64,000 nt of DNA from a virus (Duplodnaviria > Caudoviricetes), in IMG/VR virus record IMGVR_UViG_3300042975_000096. One strand, given 5' to 3'. The notes below the pieces were generated by a model. It saw only the letters and a list, made by a program, of their open reading frames with translations. It searched no databases and was not told the origin of the DNA. How positions within the stretch are numbered: position 1 is the first letter of the stretch; every line of letters begins with the position of its first letter. Position numbers and translations under genes: made by a program. This document shows, piece by piece, positions 48,022-58,870 of this stretch.

Positions 48022-48797
48022 TCCGTTGGTAACTCATATTCCCAAATAACCTTTACTGGAGATTCATAAGCAATATAAGTTAAATTATAATTTTCAGTTG
48101 TTAATGCAACGGGGTCTGGTTTCGGAACATTTCCGCTTGAAGAACCTGATGAACTTGAACCACTTGAACCACCACTGGCAATCAATTTATTATATTTAGC
48201 AATTGTATCATCTGTGGTTATAACATTATTGTTAGTTGTTCTTGATAAATAAAATTCACCTGTTTTATAATTAACTGAACCACTAATCATTTCAGAATCA
48301 TTATTCAAAACAAACTGACCTAAATTTTCTTTTGCTCTAGAATCAGTCATTACATTTCCCTTAGTATCTTTTACAGATAAATTCTCTGGTTTTAAACAAT
48401 AATTCCAATAAAACATCATACTTGTTATAGGGTCTTGAACCCTTTTTGGTTCAAGTAATTTTGAATAAGATTTAAATTCAATATTGTTTAATGTACATGT
48501 CTTTTTATGTTCTGCAATTTTATATAGAAACACCTTATTAGCATAATCCCCACTACAAGTACCTAAAACTTCAATGCCTAGCATATCATGTCCTTTTTCG
48601 AATATGTTCTTAAATTTACTTTTCATATCGTCAGTAAACTGGTCAGTATCTTGTTCTTCCAAATGTTTTGAAAAAGCTGACTTTGCATTTACTCCTAATC
48701 TCCAACCGTATCCCCTACTATTAATATAATCAATGTTGATTTTGTTATTCGTTTTAAAATCATCATAAGATGAAATAAAATCACTAAATTTAGACAT
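48018..48797 (-). CDS. Hypothetical protein
   Basis: 259 aa, Ser/Gly linker near C-terminus; GAGGTG SD. Confidence 0.65.
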   Translation of the reverse strand: MSKFSDFISSYDDFKTNNKINIDYINSRGYGWRLGVNAKSAFSKHLEEQDTDQFTDDMKSKFKNIFEKGHDMLGIEVLGTCSGDYANKVFLYKIAEHKKTCTLNNIEFKSYSKLLEPKRVQDPITSMMFYWNYCLKPENLSVKDTKGNVMTDSRAKENLGQFVLNNDSEMISGSVNYKTGEFYLSRTTNNNVITTDDTIAKYNKLIASGGSSGSSSSGSSSGNVPKPDPVALTTENYNLTYIAYESPVKVIWEYELPTE

Positions 48798-48803
48798 ACG
48801 TTT

Positions 48804-49313
48804 TCACCTCAATCCAATATTTTTTATATCACTAATCACCATTTCCGCATCAAACGGTGTTATTTCTTTATATTCAATATTATCAATTAAGTTTCTAATT
48901 TGCATATCCACAGTCCTTGCAACTGATTCATCACCAACTCGACCATCCGATTGCCAAAAACCATCAATTCTAGTTAACATATATTCAAAATTAGAATACT
49001 TGTAATATTCTTCCCAAACCATTTTTTCAAAAGTCTTTCCTTCATTACCATAGATTAAATTCAACAATAAAGGACTATCGCTAACAGCAATTTCCACACC
49101 TGACTTTTCCAAAGCACGTAATCGATGTGCTTGATTAGCAAAAAGCCAAAGCTGGTCTTTTAATGCTTCTAAATTTTGTTGGAGAATTTGTTCCTTTGCA
49201 TATTCTCCAACCAACTCTGTTTTGTACCCTAGTTTTTTTAATTTAGCAAATACTTCTGCCGATATAGTTGATTTACCTGCTCCTGCCCCAGCAAAAAAAT
49301 TAATAACAATCAT
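48804..49313 (-). CDS. P-loop kinase/ATPase (AAA_28/NadR-kinase-like)
   Basis: GAGAGKST, EYAKE, DSPLLL, GR motif. Confidence 0.7.
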   Translation of the reverse strand: MIVINFFAGAGAGKSTISAEVFAKLKKLGYKTELVGEYAKEQILQQNLEALKDQLWLFANQAHRLRALEKSGVEIAVSDSPLLLNLIYGNEGKTFEKMVWEEYYKYSNFEYMLTRIDGFWQSDGRVGDESVARTVDMQIRNLIDNIEYKEITPFDAEMVISDIKNIGLR

Positions 49314-49317
49314 CTAA

Positions 49318-49647
49318 TCATTCCTTATATGTGAAATCGCTACCTGTTACAATTGTACCTGTTCTATCATGAGGACATGTTTTACATCCCAAATCGCAAG
49401 TTCCAACGCAGACATCTGTAACCCGTGCGCGTTTTAATCCATCTGCATATGAATATTCACTACCAGTTATTATTTGACCTGATTTACCACAGGCAGTACA
49501 AATAACCTTATCTGTTATACGTGCAACTTTTAATCCATCATCATAAGTAATGTCACTACCTGTAGTAATAATACCAACTTGTGGGCCGTGTGGACAATCA
49601 ATTTTTACGGTATCACCGATTCTAGCTTGTTTAGGCAATAAACTCAA
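49318..49647 (-). CDS. PAAR-repeat spike-tip protein (T4 gp5.4-like)
   Basis: ARIGD..CPHG..GIITTGS; ARITD..C..IITGS; ARVTD..CPH..IVTGS. Confidence 0.8.
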   Translation of the reverse strand: MSLLPKQARIGDTVKIDCPHGPQVGIITTGSDITYDDGLKVARITDKVICTACGKSGQIITGSEYSYADGLKRARVTDVCVGTCDLGCKTCPHDRTGTIVTGSDFTYKE

Positions 49648-50236
49648 TCCTCAATTCTGTATGATTTTTCTCTGCCTTTTCTAAAGATAAAAGTAATTCA
49701 TCTATAACAGAGTTTATTTTTATTTGTTCCATTTTGTGCGCAGATAAACTATCATTGATTACACATAATAATTCGTTTTTTTTCTTTCTTGTGTTTTTCT
49801 TCACAGAATTTTTTCGTTTATCAACAAAATGTATAGTTGCTTTTGTGTTGAATAAATCTTCATTACCTGATAGTTGAACCAATAGTGCATCCGTTTTCTC
49901 CAACTTATCTTTTATATCCAATAGTTCCATTTTTATGTTTTCAATGCTTTCAAATTGAATTACGTTTTCTTCATCACAAGAAAACATAAAACATTTATAT
50001 GTCTTCCCAAAATCTTCTAACGTAGAACTATTATCTTTTCGTTCAAAATTGTACCATACCATGTCTTTTAATAAATTAAAATAAGATTCTTCTATTGATA
50101 CCGTAGTAACTATATTGTTCTTGCAGTCATGAAAAATATTAGACAATACGCTTAATAATTCATATTCTTGAATTCCATTTTGTTCTAATAAAGAAACAAC
50201 TTTATTGGCAATGGGTGTTAAATTATTTTTTATCAT
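49631..50236 (-). CDS. Hypothetical protein
   Basis: 201 aa ORF overlapping neighbours. Confidence 0.6.
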   Translation of the reverse strand: MIKNNLTPIANKVVSLLEQNGIQEYELLSVLSNIFHDCKNNIVTTVSIEESYFNLLKDMVWYNFERKDNSSTLEDFGKTYKCFMFSCDEENVIQFESIENIKMELLDIKDKLEKTDALLVQLSGNEDLFNTKATIHFVDKRKNSVKKNTRKKKNELLCVINDSLSAHKMEQIKINSVIDELLLSLEKAEKNHTELRIEFIA

Positions 50237-50570
50237 CTTTTCCTATTCCTTCCACTTTTATATCAATTGGCATTGGTATTCCATTTGACACATAAGTTTT
50301 ATAAGCTAACGATACACAATCTTTACATATAAAATTTTTATTATCTACTGAAAATAATGGCGCATCAATTCCAGAAGGATGACCACAAAAAATACATGTT
50401 GGTACATTCACATCTTCTGGTAAATCAAATGGTTGACCGTTCAACTTTAATGTTGTATTGTTTTCAAAAAAAATTTCTGTATTTCCGTTGTTTACCTCTA
50501 TCTTTTTTACTTTTTGTTTTAACAAATCTTCAATATTATTCTCCATATACTTTTGCCTTTCCATTTTCAT
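50223..50570 (-). CDS. Small protein with ClpX-type C4 zinc finger
   Basis: CIFCG..ICKDCV. Confidence 0.6.
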   Translation of the reverse strand: MKMERQKYMENNIEDLLKQKVKKIEVNNGNTEIFFENNTTLKLNGQPFDLPEDVNVPTCIFCGHPSGIDAPLFSVDNKNFICKDCVSLAYKTYVSNGIPMPIDIKVEGIGKDDKK

Positions 50571-50823
50571 TTAATATAACATTAACAACAACGACATCAT
50601 CTTTTACTGTTTGTTTAGCAATATACATTGTGTTTGTTGCTTTTGAATATACAATATATTCTTCGTGTTTTAATTCATCGACAATAACATAATCCTCTTG
50701 AAACTTTTCCAATTTTTGTTGTGCGCAACTTTCTTTTCTTAATCCAAGACCTGCCAAAATCACAAACACAATAATTAATGGCCAGGTTGTTTTTATTAAA
50801 ATTTTCATAGCGTTATAATACAT
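50536..50823 (-). CDS. Small membrane-anchored protein
   Basis: N-terminal TM WPLIIVFVILAGLGL; GGGGG SD. Confidence 0.55.
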   Translation of the reverse strand: MYYNAMKILIKTTWPLIIVFVILAGLGLRKESCAQQKLEKFQEDYVIVDELKHEEYIVYSKATNTMYIAKQTVKDDVVVVNVILNENGKAKVYGE

Positions 50824-50899
50824 TTACTATCCCCCACAATCATATTTTTTTATCTATAAATCATATAATACTTTTCACTATATTTATTGTATTCAAACG

Positions 50900-50932
50900 A
50901 AAAAAGACTAGATTTAAATCTAGTCTTTTTTT
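50900..50932. terminator. Terminator ending tail-fibre operon
   Basis: AAAAAAGACTAGATTTAAATCTAGTCTTTTTT. Confidence 0.75.
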
Positions 50933-52093
50933 TTATTTTTTCGTATCTTCATATGTTATGTGAACTAAATCATAAAAATCATACATTCGTCTAGTGTTTG
51001 TATAGTTTAACCATGAATTTTTCATCTTGTTTAACATTTTAAACTGAATATAGTTTTTATTATTAGCTGGAACAATTATACCTGAATCTCCAGTAGTACA
51101 ATACTCATTTGTATTAATTAATCTAGAATAGTTTGCACTTACTTCAGGTAGTTTTTCAACATCTCGACCAAAAACAATACATCCTTTTATTACTTCGTTT
51201 ACATCATAAGATATATTCATATATTTGTTATAAAATTGTATTTTATATTTTTTACGTGGTTCAAATTTTACTAACATTGCATTTGCTTTATATTTATTAT
51301 CTCCATCATAACTAGTATCGCATATACCATTGTTATGTGTTGTTAATGTTATACCATTATCCCAATCTTCAGAACCATCATTCGTCCATGTTATTCTTAA
51401 ATCAAGCCCAATCATAAACATTTTTGTAATGCCACATGTTTGTTGCGGTGTTGTTAAATAAATGCAATCTTCTCCCATTTCCACTCGGCTATCAAAAATA
51501 TTTCTCATAGCAGTATATAAATAATCATAATCTTTTACATTAATAAAGTAATTATCATTAATAAAATATTCATCAAAAATATTATAAGTAATCGTAGAGC
51601 AAATTTGCCATACTGTACCATCTTTATCTTCCGTGTATCTCATTCCACTATCATATTCAGACCCAACAGGAGCTAATGGCAAATATCCATATTCATTGTT
51701 ACTATCTAATTGAACTTTTACATATTTTGTGGGAAATGGAAATAATGATGTATTTTTAAATATTACACATTCTATTGGTTTCCCGTTAACTGCATGAACA
51801 TAAAAAGAATGATAATATACAGGTAAATTTGACTTAACCCTTCTCAATGTATCGTTTCTAGTTCCAATCTCTCTATTGATTTTTCTTAATGTTTCAAACT
51901 GTATATTTCTTTGATTGTGAACCAACCTAGCAGTATCATTTTTCAGAACTTCTGTTCTGTGTATTTCTCTTTCTGTATCATTTCTTAAATACGCACTACG
52001 ATTTACCTGTCTATTGGTATCAAAATCCAAAGTAACACGTATACCCTGATTTTTTCCTTTTACTATAAATATTTTAGGATTAGCATTTATCAT
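50933..52093 (-). CDS. Tail-associated protein, paralogue of 55418..56839
   Basis: GITKMFMIGLDLRIT, ANAMLVK, YTN..MY..DL shared. Confidence 0.65.
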   Translation of the reverse strand: MINANPKIFIVKGKNQGIRVTLDFDTNRQVNRSAYLRNDTEREIHRTEVLKNDTARLVHNQRNIQFETLRKINREIGTRNDTLRRVKSNLPVYYHSFYVHAVNGKPIECVIFKNTSLFPFPTKYVKVQLDSNNEYGYLPLAPVGSEYDSGMRYTEDKDGTVWQICSTITYNIFDEYFINDNYFINVKDYDYLYTAMRNIFDSRVEMGEDCIYLTTPQQTCGITKMFMIGLDLRITWTNDGSEDWDNGITLTTHNNGICDTSYDGDNKYKANAMLVKFEPRKKYKIQFYNKYMNISYDVNEVIKGCIVFGRDVEKLPEVSANYSRLINTNEYCTTGDSGIIVPANNKNYIQFKMLNKMKNSWLNYTNTRRMYDFYDLVHITYEDTKK

Positions 52094-53037
52094 TATTTAA
52101 CACCAGCCTTTATATTAAAATCATTAATGATATTATCATAATCCCAAAAAATCTTTTCTATTGGATGTAATTCCATTATGTCAGAAGTGGTTCCGACTTT
52201 AGTATTTCTGGTTAATTGATTTTTATTTATATATGTATCGTCAACAGAAAATTCCAATTCATCAATACTCTTATCTGCATAAGCAATATCAGAAGCAATT
52301 TCAATTGCATAAATCACGTCATTATTACTCTGCACATCTACTAATTTTGTTCTATCAATATCTTGAGTTAAGATACTCCCATCTGTATTTGTTTCATAAT
52401 CCGTCTTAGCTGATTTGTTCCAGTTTGTTTTTATAGTCGTATCCACAATATCACAAACAATATCACCTAACCTTGTATTTCCAATTATAAAATCAGAAAA
52501 CGCAATTCCATGGCGCAAAGAATCCTCATTAGGTATATAAATTATATTTTTACAATCAATTTTTGTTGGTGATTGACCATCAAAATAAACAACTGCCTTA
52601 CCTTGATTGGTGTATGCCAATTTATTGTCTATCCATAATTCAATCAATTCTTCCTTGCTGTTACTCTTTAAATGTAACTCATATGATGTTAATTTATCCA
52701 TCTGAATTGGTTTTCGATATACAACTGTATCCTTACAACATATGCATAAATTTGTTTCTTCATCTATACCCAAATATAAATTTCCACCTAACGTTTGAAC
52801 CTGAATGAAATCTTTTCGTCCATTCCAAACCTCATTAGTTAAATTAATATACATATCAAATCGAAAATATACACTAATCATACGATAATTACTATATATT
52901 CTATGCCAATTTTCATAATCCAAAGGGATAAAATATTGTTTACAGTTTGTATATTTACTATCTGTATTTTGATAATAATTAAATTGACTATCTTCAAATA
53001 AGGAAGGGAAACCGGGGTTAATATACAACAAACTCAT
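52093..53037 (-). CDS. Tail-associated beta-rich protein (Y-x-NPG family)
   Basis: YINPGF..ELHL..IELW..IIGNTRLG. Confidence 0.6.
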   Translation of the reverse strand: MSLLYINPGFPSLFEDSQFNYYQNTDSKYTNCKQYFIPLDYENWHRIYSNYRMISVYFRFDMYINLTNEVWNGRKDFIQVQTLGGNLYLGIDEETNLCICCKDTVVYRKPIQMDKLTSYELHLKSNSKEELIELWIDNKLAYTNQGKAVVYFDGQSPTKIDCKNIIYIPNEDSLRHGIAFSDFIIGNTRLGDIVCDIVDTTIKTNWNKSAKTDYETNTDGSILTQDIDRTKLVDVQSNNDVIYAIEIASDIAYADKSIDELEFSVDDTYINKNQLTRNTKVGTTSDIMELHPIEKIFWDYDNIINDFNIKAGVK

Positions 53038-53052
53038 ATTATTTCACTCCCC

Positions 53053-53472
53053 TTACATAGTAACAATATAACTATCCACCTTTACTGATACGGATATATC
53101 TCTCCTTGGTCTTTCATCTACTGATGAAGAAACCTGTAACCAAAAAATCGTATTTGTATCTGTAATATCATCTGTTATTACTAATTGCTTTTGAAAAATA
53201 CCTTTTGTTTTTGCTTCATCGCCATTCGCAAAATCCTCATCTTTAGCAACCATCCACTTTTCTTGCGTTAGTCCTAGAAATGATATTGAGGTTCTACTAC
53301 TCTTATATCCCTTTTCTGTTCTAATTGCACACTTAACATATTTAATTTCACTATTAGTTGCATCTAAAGAAACTGTTATTGGTGATGTTTGTACATCATT
53401 CTGACTAACAATATCTCCATCCTGTTTTCCTTTAGTTACATTTCCTGTATATAAATTTATATATTCGTTCAC
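53053..53472 (-). CDS. Small tail-associated structural protein
   Basis: 139 aa beta-rich ORF within fibre cassette. Confidence 0.55.
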   Translation of the reverse strand: MNEYINLYTGNVTKGKQDGDIVSQNDVQTSPITVSLDATNSEIKYVKCAIRTEKGYKSSRTSISFLGLTQEKWMVAKDEDFANGDEAKTKGIFQKQLVITDDITDTNTIFWLQVSSSVDERPRRDISVSVKVDSYIVTM

Positions 53473-53496
53473 TAATATTCACGTCCTTTTTATTTT

Positions 53497-53535
53497 AAAA
53501 GGAAGAAAACCTATATAAATTTTCTTCCTTTTTTT
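53497..53535. terminator. Intrinsic terminator
   Basis: AAAAGGAAGAAAA/TTTTCTTCCTTTT. Confidence 0.6.
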
Positions 53536-55394
53536 TACTTAATATATACTGCATATTGACTTGGTGTAAATACCAAATACGTTCCATCCATATATCCGAC
53601 TTTTTTATTATATAATTTACTTGTAGTTACAGACGTATATACATATTTTCCATTTTTATCTAAGAAGCAATCTTCTCCATCATGCGAATTATCCATTGTA
53701 TCATATATACCATATTCAATAATTCTCACTGTTCCATCAGTTTTACTATCCTCTATTGCCAAAACAATATTGGAACATGTATTAACAGCTCTATTATCTG
53801 CCAATCTATAACCGCCCTTAGAATAATACAATATATTACCTGCCGAACAAGAAACACCAGAAGCCATATTTCCAACATGCGTTATGGCAATACCTGATTG
53901 TGATTTTTTCAATGCATTAATATCATCTTGCATTTTAGCAATCTGTGCCAATGTCGTTGGATTAAATGAACTACCATCTATTGCTTTCGCGCTAGTATCA
54001 ATCCATACTCTGCCACCAGGAATGTGCATCATATCGGTTGCATGAATTACAGGAGAGGTTAAATCGTTATCCTGAACATAAGCATTATCATTATATTCTA
54101 ATTTATCTGAATCTCCTGAGTTCGTGACCAAATAACGTTTATCTTTATCATTTAACGTTACTTTAACATTTAATGCTGAACCATCAATTGCATCACTCAA
54201 TGCATATTTATGTTTATGATTATATAATGCATTGCTAGTAACTAAATCCTTACTCTTATCAGTTCCTTGTATACTAAAATCAACACCATGAGAACAAGCA
54301 TCTGCCAATGTATAACCCTCATATGTTTTATTAGTAATTGCTTGAATATCAGATTTATTAATAACTTCTTTATCATTAGAGTATAAAACACCATTAATCT
54401 CATAAGCATTTTTATTACTATACGTATATTCTTTTTCTTTTTGATTGTGCGCTCCAACCAAAAACATTTTTCCTGTATCTTGTGTAGCATTTGTTGTACC
54501 GCTTACTGCCTCATCAGGTAACGTATAGGTCTTGTTGTTAATGGCTGTTATTAATCCCTTTTCACTAACGGTTACTTGTGGAACAATAAAATCATCATTC
54601 ATGGCTAATATTGCATTCGCATTTGGGCCATAGGTGCCAGGAATTACACCATTATTTATTAATGATGCTTTTACCTGTATATTCTTTTGACTACCATCAA
54701 ATAAATATGAAGCAATAACATCTCCATAAAAAGAAATCATTGCAGGTGTAGTCAATCTATTTGCTGAATTGGCTTCACCATCTAAGTCACCATGAAATTT
54801 ATTAGCAGTTATTTCATTATTTTGCATAAATACATTGTCATTCTTTTTTAATGCATTTGAATCTGAACCTGCTAAAAACAATTTGCTTATATCGTCAACA
54901 ACAATTTTTACAGTATTTGCATCTCCACCGGGAATATCACTACCTGCATATTTATGTGTATGCGTTAACATGTCATTAATTAACTTATCAACATCTGCTC
55001 TTAGCTTATCTAATAAATTTTTATTTTTATCTTCTTCATCATTAACCACTTTTGTTAGGTCAGCCAAATCACTTTGTAATTTTCTAATATTATTACGTAT
55101 GTCTGAAAAATCTTTATCATTTTTATCATTTTGTTTTGCAATCGCATCTTTTAGATTTGCTATATCTGTAATAATATTCTCACAAGTTGTTTTCAAAAAT
55201 GCTGTTCGATTTGCCAATTGTTCATGAGGTATATTATCAAATCCATGTACCCCACCGTGAACATAATCTTGCTCATCGATTTCATATATTTTATCTTCCC
55301 ATTTGTTTTCTTCCGTAACATTTGAGTTTTCAGTCAACTGGTCTTGTTGTTGCGCTACCCCATCTATATTAATTATTTTTGGCAAAACTATCAC
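53535..55394 (-). CDS. Tail fibre protein, paralogue of 58871..60616
   Basis: EQLANRTAFLK, coiled coil, HTHKYAGS..GGDA, GDLDGEANSA, HKHKY, IPGGRVWID. Confidence 0.75.
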   Translation of the reverse strand: MIVLPKIINIDGVAQQQDQLTENSNVTEENKWEDKIYEIDEQDYVHGGVHGFDNIPHEQLANRTAFLKTTCENIITDIANLKDAIAKQNDKNDKDFSDIRNNIRKLQSDLADLTKVVNDEEDKNKNLLDKLRADVDKLINDMLTHTHKYAGSDIPGGDANTVKIVVDDISKLFLAGSDSNALKKNDNVFMQNNEITANKFHGDLDGEANSANRLTTPAMISFYGDVIASYLFDGSQKNIQVKASLINNGVIPGTYGPNANAILAMNDDFIVPQVTVSEKGLITAINNKTYTLPDEAVSGTTNATQDTGKMFLVGAHNQKEKEYTYSNKNAYEINGVLYSNDKEVINKSDIQAITNKTYEGYTLADACSHGVDFSIQGTDKSKDLVTSNALYNHKHKYALSDAIDGSALNVKVTLNDKDKRYLVTNSGDSDKLEYNDNAYVQDNDLTSPVIHATDMMHIPGGRVWIDTSAKAIDGSSFNPTTLAQIAKMQDDINALKKSQSGIAITHVGNMASGVSCSAGNILYYSKGGYRLADNRAVNTCSNIVLAIEDSKTDGTVRIIEYGIYDTMDNSHDGEDCFLDKNGKYVYTSVTTSKLYNKKVGYMDGTYLVFTPSQYAVYIK

Positions 55395-55417
55395 CGCCTT
55401 TGATTATATATCTATTT

Positions 55418-56839
55418 CTACTTATTTAATACTTTGCCAAATTTATCGTATTCGTATTTCATTTTTTGCAAATCAAAATAATTATACATTTCTTTAGAAT
55501 TTGTATATTTCAAATAATTCTTCTTAAAATAAGAAACGATTTTATTTGTGGAATCAACAATGTTTATATAATTTGTTTCTGTGTTATATATAAACCATTT
55601 GTTGCTTCTAACCAACGCTATATAATTATCACACGACTCATTCAACGCTTCTACTGTAGTACCTAATACAATAGCATTTTTTACAGGCGCATCAGTAGGA
55701 TAAACCATTCCAGAATAATTATCATCAAATTCAATTTTAAATTTCTCTCTAGAATTCATTTTTATTAGCATAGCATTCGCTACTTTATGATAATCTCCAC
55801 CAAAACTAGTATGATTTAAACCATTATCATATGTTGTTAGCTCATAATCATATTCTGTAGTAATACGAATATTTAATCCAATCAAGAACATTTTAGTGAT
55901 TCCTGCCCTTGAAGATGGTGGCGAAAAATATACACTTTTTTTATCTTCTCCCATTGAAACACGTGCTGTTCCAAAAATACCAACTAAAATTGTATATAAA
56001 TTTTCATAACTATCTAAAGGAATTATCATATTACCAAATGGGAAATATTTATTAATAATACTATCTTGTCTACCAGTACAGATTTGAAAAATATGACCAA
56101 ATTTATCTTGGCATCTTGCTCCACTATCAAAATCTTCATTTACATGATTTAATGGTATATACCTATGTTTACCATCTGAACATGCCATTGTCAAATGAAC
56201 ATTTTGTATTGGAAATCCTTGTGTATCATCATACATTTTACATCTAACAATTTTATCCATGAATTTATTATACAAAACCAAATAGTATATTTTTTGTCTA
56301 TTTTTTCCACCAAAATCATAATCTATATAAGTTAAAAATGGAATATCATCAATAGTTATACCGTGAGAAACATTATATGTAATAAATGGATTGATTTTTA
56401 CATGTTCAGGACATGTAAAATTATAAGTCAAAAACGGATGTATTTCCGATGGATAACCAACTACAGTTGTATCCTTATCAATTCTTTTGCCTACTCGTTC
56501 CACTTGAATATCAGTCATTAGTGTATTATTAACATATTGTTTTTTGTGTACATCTATGTCTACATCAATTTGATTATGCAACTGTTTATTTGTTGGATTA
56601 TCAATAATACCAAACACAATAAAATCTGCTTCTGTTTTTGTAGCATAATCAACTATAGGCATAACATTGTTCAGTTTTGTTCCTATTTGAAAATTACTTG
56701 AAAGAATAATCATTGTTTTTGGATTTAAATTTGTCTGTGTTTCATTTGAAAACAATAATTCATTTTTTGGAACATAAGAACTGTCACCCACATTTGTAAC
56801 AGTTCCATACATTTTTGGATTATAATTTAATTTAGCCAT
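55418..56839 (-). CDS. Tail-associated protein, paralogue of 50933..52093
   Basis: GITKMFLIGLNIRIT, ANAMLIK. Confidence 0.65.
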   Translation of the reverse strand: MAKLNYNPKMYGTVTNVGDSSYVPKNELLFSNETQTNLNPKTMIILSSNFQIGTKLNNVMPIVDYATKTEADFIVFGIIDNPTNKQLHNQIDVDIDVHKKQYVNNTLMTDIQVERVGKRIDKDTTVVGYPSEIHPFLTYNFTCPEHVKINPFITYNVSHGITIDDIPFLTYIDYDFGGKNRQKIYYLVLYNKFMDKIVRCKMYDDTQGFPIQNVHLTMACSDGKHRYIPLNHVNEDFDSGARCQDKFGHIFQICTGRQDSIINKYFPFGNMIIPLDSYENLYTILVGIFGTARVSMGEDKKSVYFSPPSSRAGITKMFLIGLNIRITTEYDYELTTYDNGLNHTSFGGDYHKVANAMLIKMNSREKFKIEFDDNYSGMVYPTDAPVKNAIVLGTTVEALNESCDNYIALVRSNKWFIYNTETNYINIVDSTNKIVSYFKKNYLKYTNSKEMYNYFDLQKMKYEYDKFGKVLNK

Positions 56840-56842
56840 ATA

Positions 56843-57859
56843 TTACACTTCTTCTTTTGAAGCACTCGTTACTGTAAATGTAGCATTTTGCAAACTTTCC
56901 TTACTCCAAAAATCATTTGTTGCAGGATTCTTAATCAATAACTTTGATTTTACACCATGATAGCTTTTGTTTGCTAAACTCTCAACATCAAAATCAGTTC
57001 CGCTAACTCCATATTTTATTACATTGTTAGTACCCTCACTATATGCAACATCGCTTCCCAACATAATTGCATCAAATTTTGTATTATCATATAATGGATT
57101 TATTTTATTTAATGCATCCATATCTATCTTTTGAATAATTGTCTGACCTACATTATCAGAAACATAACTATCACCATTTTGAACCCATGTACTATTAACA
57201 ACGGTGGTTGGTATAATTAAACACTTTTTATTTCCCAACCGTTCAGTACCAACAATAATATTAGAATAATAAGATTCTTCATTATATGCCTGTGTCATGG
57301 TTTCATTTACATTTGATGGCATTCCATGACCTATTTCAAAAGTCAATATTTGCGCTTTTTCAAAATATTTTGAATCTGCCGTACTGCCTTTTTTAACATT
57401 ATTAACCCACGCTTCAATAATATCAAATCCACTTTCCTGAGAGGTGTTTAAATGAATTTCAACCGTAAACAATTCATTATTATATTGTTCCATATGCGGA
57501 ACAACAAGAATTTCTGTAAATATATTCATCTTATCCAATCTTCCAATATATAACGATTCTTGTTTTAATATTCCGACTAAATATGGATATTTATCATTAT
57601 CCGTGCCAATTCTAAAAATTGGAGTTGTATTATCAGCGGTATTTATTCCAATATCATAATAATTCGTTCTTTTATAAGCATCAAATTTTACATATACGTC
57701 TTGTTGTCTTATATCATCACATACATGATATAAAGCTCCTTTATTTACAACAATTGCACTACCACTAATCGTATATTTATTATCAGAAATATTTTTTTTA
57801 TTACTTGTTAAATTCGGTAAAAACTGATAAAAACCTGGATTACCATATATAATACTCAA
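56843..57859 (-). CDS. Tail-associated beta-rich protein (Y-x-NPG family)
   Basis: YGNPGF..EIHL..IEAW..IIVGTERLG. Confidence 0.6.
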   Translation of the reverse strand: MSIIYGNPGFYQFLPNLTSNKKNISDNKYTISGSAIVVNKGALYHVCDDIRQQDVYVKFDAYKRTNYYDIGINTADNTTPIFRIGTDNDKYPYLVGILKQESLYIGRLDKMNIFTEILVVPHMEQYNNELFTVEIHLNTSQESGFDIIEAWVNNVKKGSTADSKYFEKAQILTFEIGHGMPSNVNETMTQAYNEESYYSNIIVGTERLGNKKCLIIPTTVVNSTWVQNGDSYVSDNVGQTIIQKIDMDALNKINPLYDNTKFDAIMLGSDVAYSEGTNNVIKYGVSGTDFDVESLANKSYHGVKSKLLIKNPATNDFWSKESLQNATFTVTSASKEEV

Positions 57860-57876
57860 TTTTAATCACTCTCCTG

Positions 57877-58800
57877 TTAATTATTTTTTGCATTAATTAA
57901 AATTTTTCTATTTGTTATATCCGTTGACTTGAAATTTGAAGAAGTGTTTGGGTCTTTCTCCAAATAAGTGTTATTATATTTTGTCATATTTGGGTCAACA
58001 GAAAAAGAATCAATAATGTTATTACTCAAATATTCTTCAATATTTGTTTTATTAATATCACCATTTTCTATAATAGAAGCTACACCAAATCCAGTTATAT
58101 CTTTATATAGATTTTCATTTAATAATTCTGTTATCATAAATGTTTGTTGGCTTCCATTAGCAATAATAGCTTGGCTCATATTAGTTTTTAACATTTTTAT
58201 TCTTTCGTTTCCAATTTTATTTAAATCATTAAATATAATGTGAGATAAACAAACACTCATATTATCTCCATAATTACAATAAAAATTAAATCTATTAATT
58301 ATGTCATCACCAATTGTGTTGTCAATAATTGTTTGGTCTAATTTACAATTAACATAAACCTCAACATTTGTAATAACATTACGTGTTATATGCAATTCAA
58401 ATGTATTAATTTCATTAGCATTTACATACCAAACATTTCCAATTATATTGTTGGAATTAGTTAAAATAGCTAACTGAAACTTCGTCGGTTTATATTGTTT
58501 ATAACACAATTTCAAATTTTGATTTGGTGTTTTATCATTATAAAAATCAAAAACCTTTACCCAATTTGATATTACATTCGTTGAATCAACGTCTTTGCCT
58601 ATCATTAAATCAAACAAAATATAAAACTCTTTAACATTGTTCAGCATTTTATAAAACACATCTGAATCGTTGCTACTTAAATCAACGTAATATCCTGTTC
58701 TACTGTGTTCAAATTCATCTTCTATACCTACACTCAATTTATTTAACGTTTGATATTCAAATAATTGTGGCATTCCTGGATTTACATATTTCACTATCAA
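57877..58800 (-). CDS. Tail-associated beta-rich protein (Y-x-NPG family)
   Basis: YVNPG..FELHI..VEVY..SHII..IG. Confidence 0.6.
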   Translation of the reverse strand: MIVKYVNPGMPQLFEYQTLNKLSVGIEDEFEHSRTGYYVDLSSNDSDVFYKMLNNVKEFYILFDLMIGKDVDSTNVISNWVKVFDFYNDKTPNQNLKLCYKQYKPTKFQLAILTNSNNIIGNVWYVNANEINTFELHITRNVITNVEVYVNCKLDQTIIDNTIGDDIINRFNFYCNYGDNMSVCLSHIIFNDLNKIGNERIKMLKTNMSQAIIANGSQQTFMITELLNENLYKDITGFGVASIIENGDINKTNIEEYLSNNIIDSFSVDPNMTKYNNTYLEKDPNTSSNFKSTDITNRKILINAKNN

Positions 58801-58813
58801 TCACCCACCATTT

Positions 58814-58854
58814 AAAAATGAGAAGAAATATTTATTTTGTTTTCTTCTCATTTT
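58814..58854. terminator. Intrinsic terminator
   Basis: AAAATGAGAAGAAA/TTTCTTCTCATTTT. Confidence 0.65.
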
Positions 58855-58870
58855 CATTATATTCTGAAAT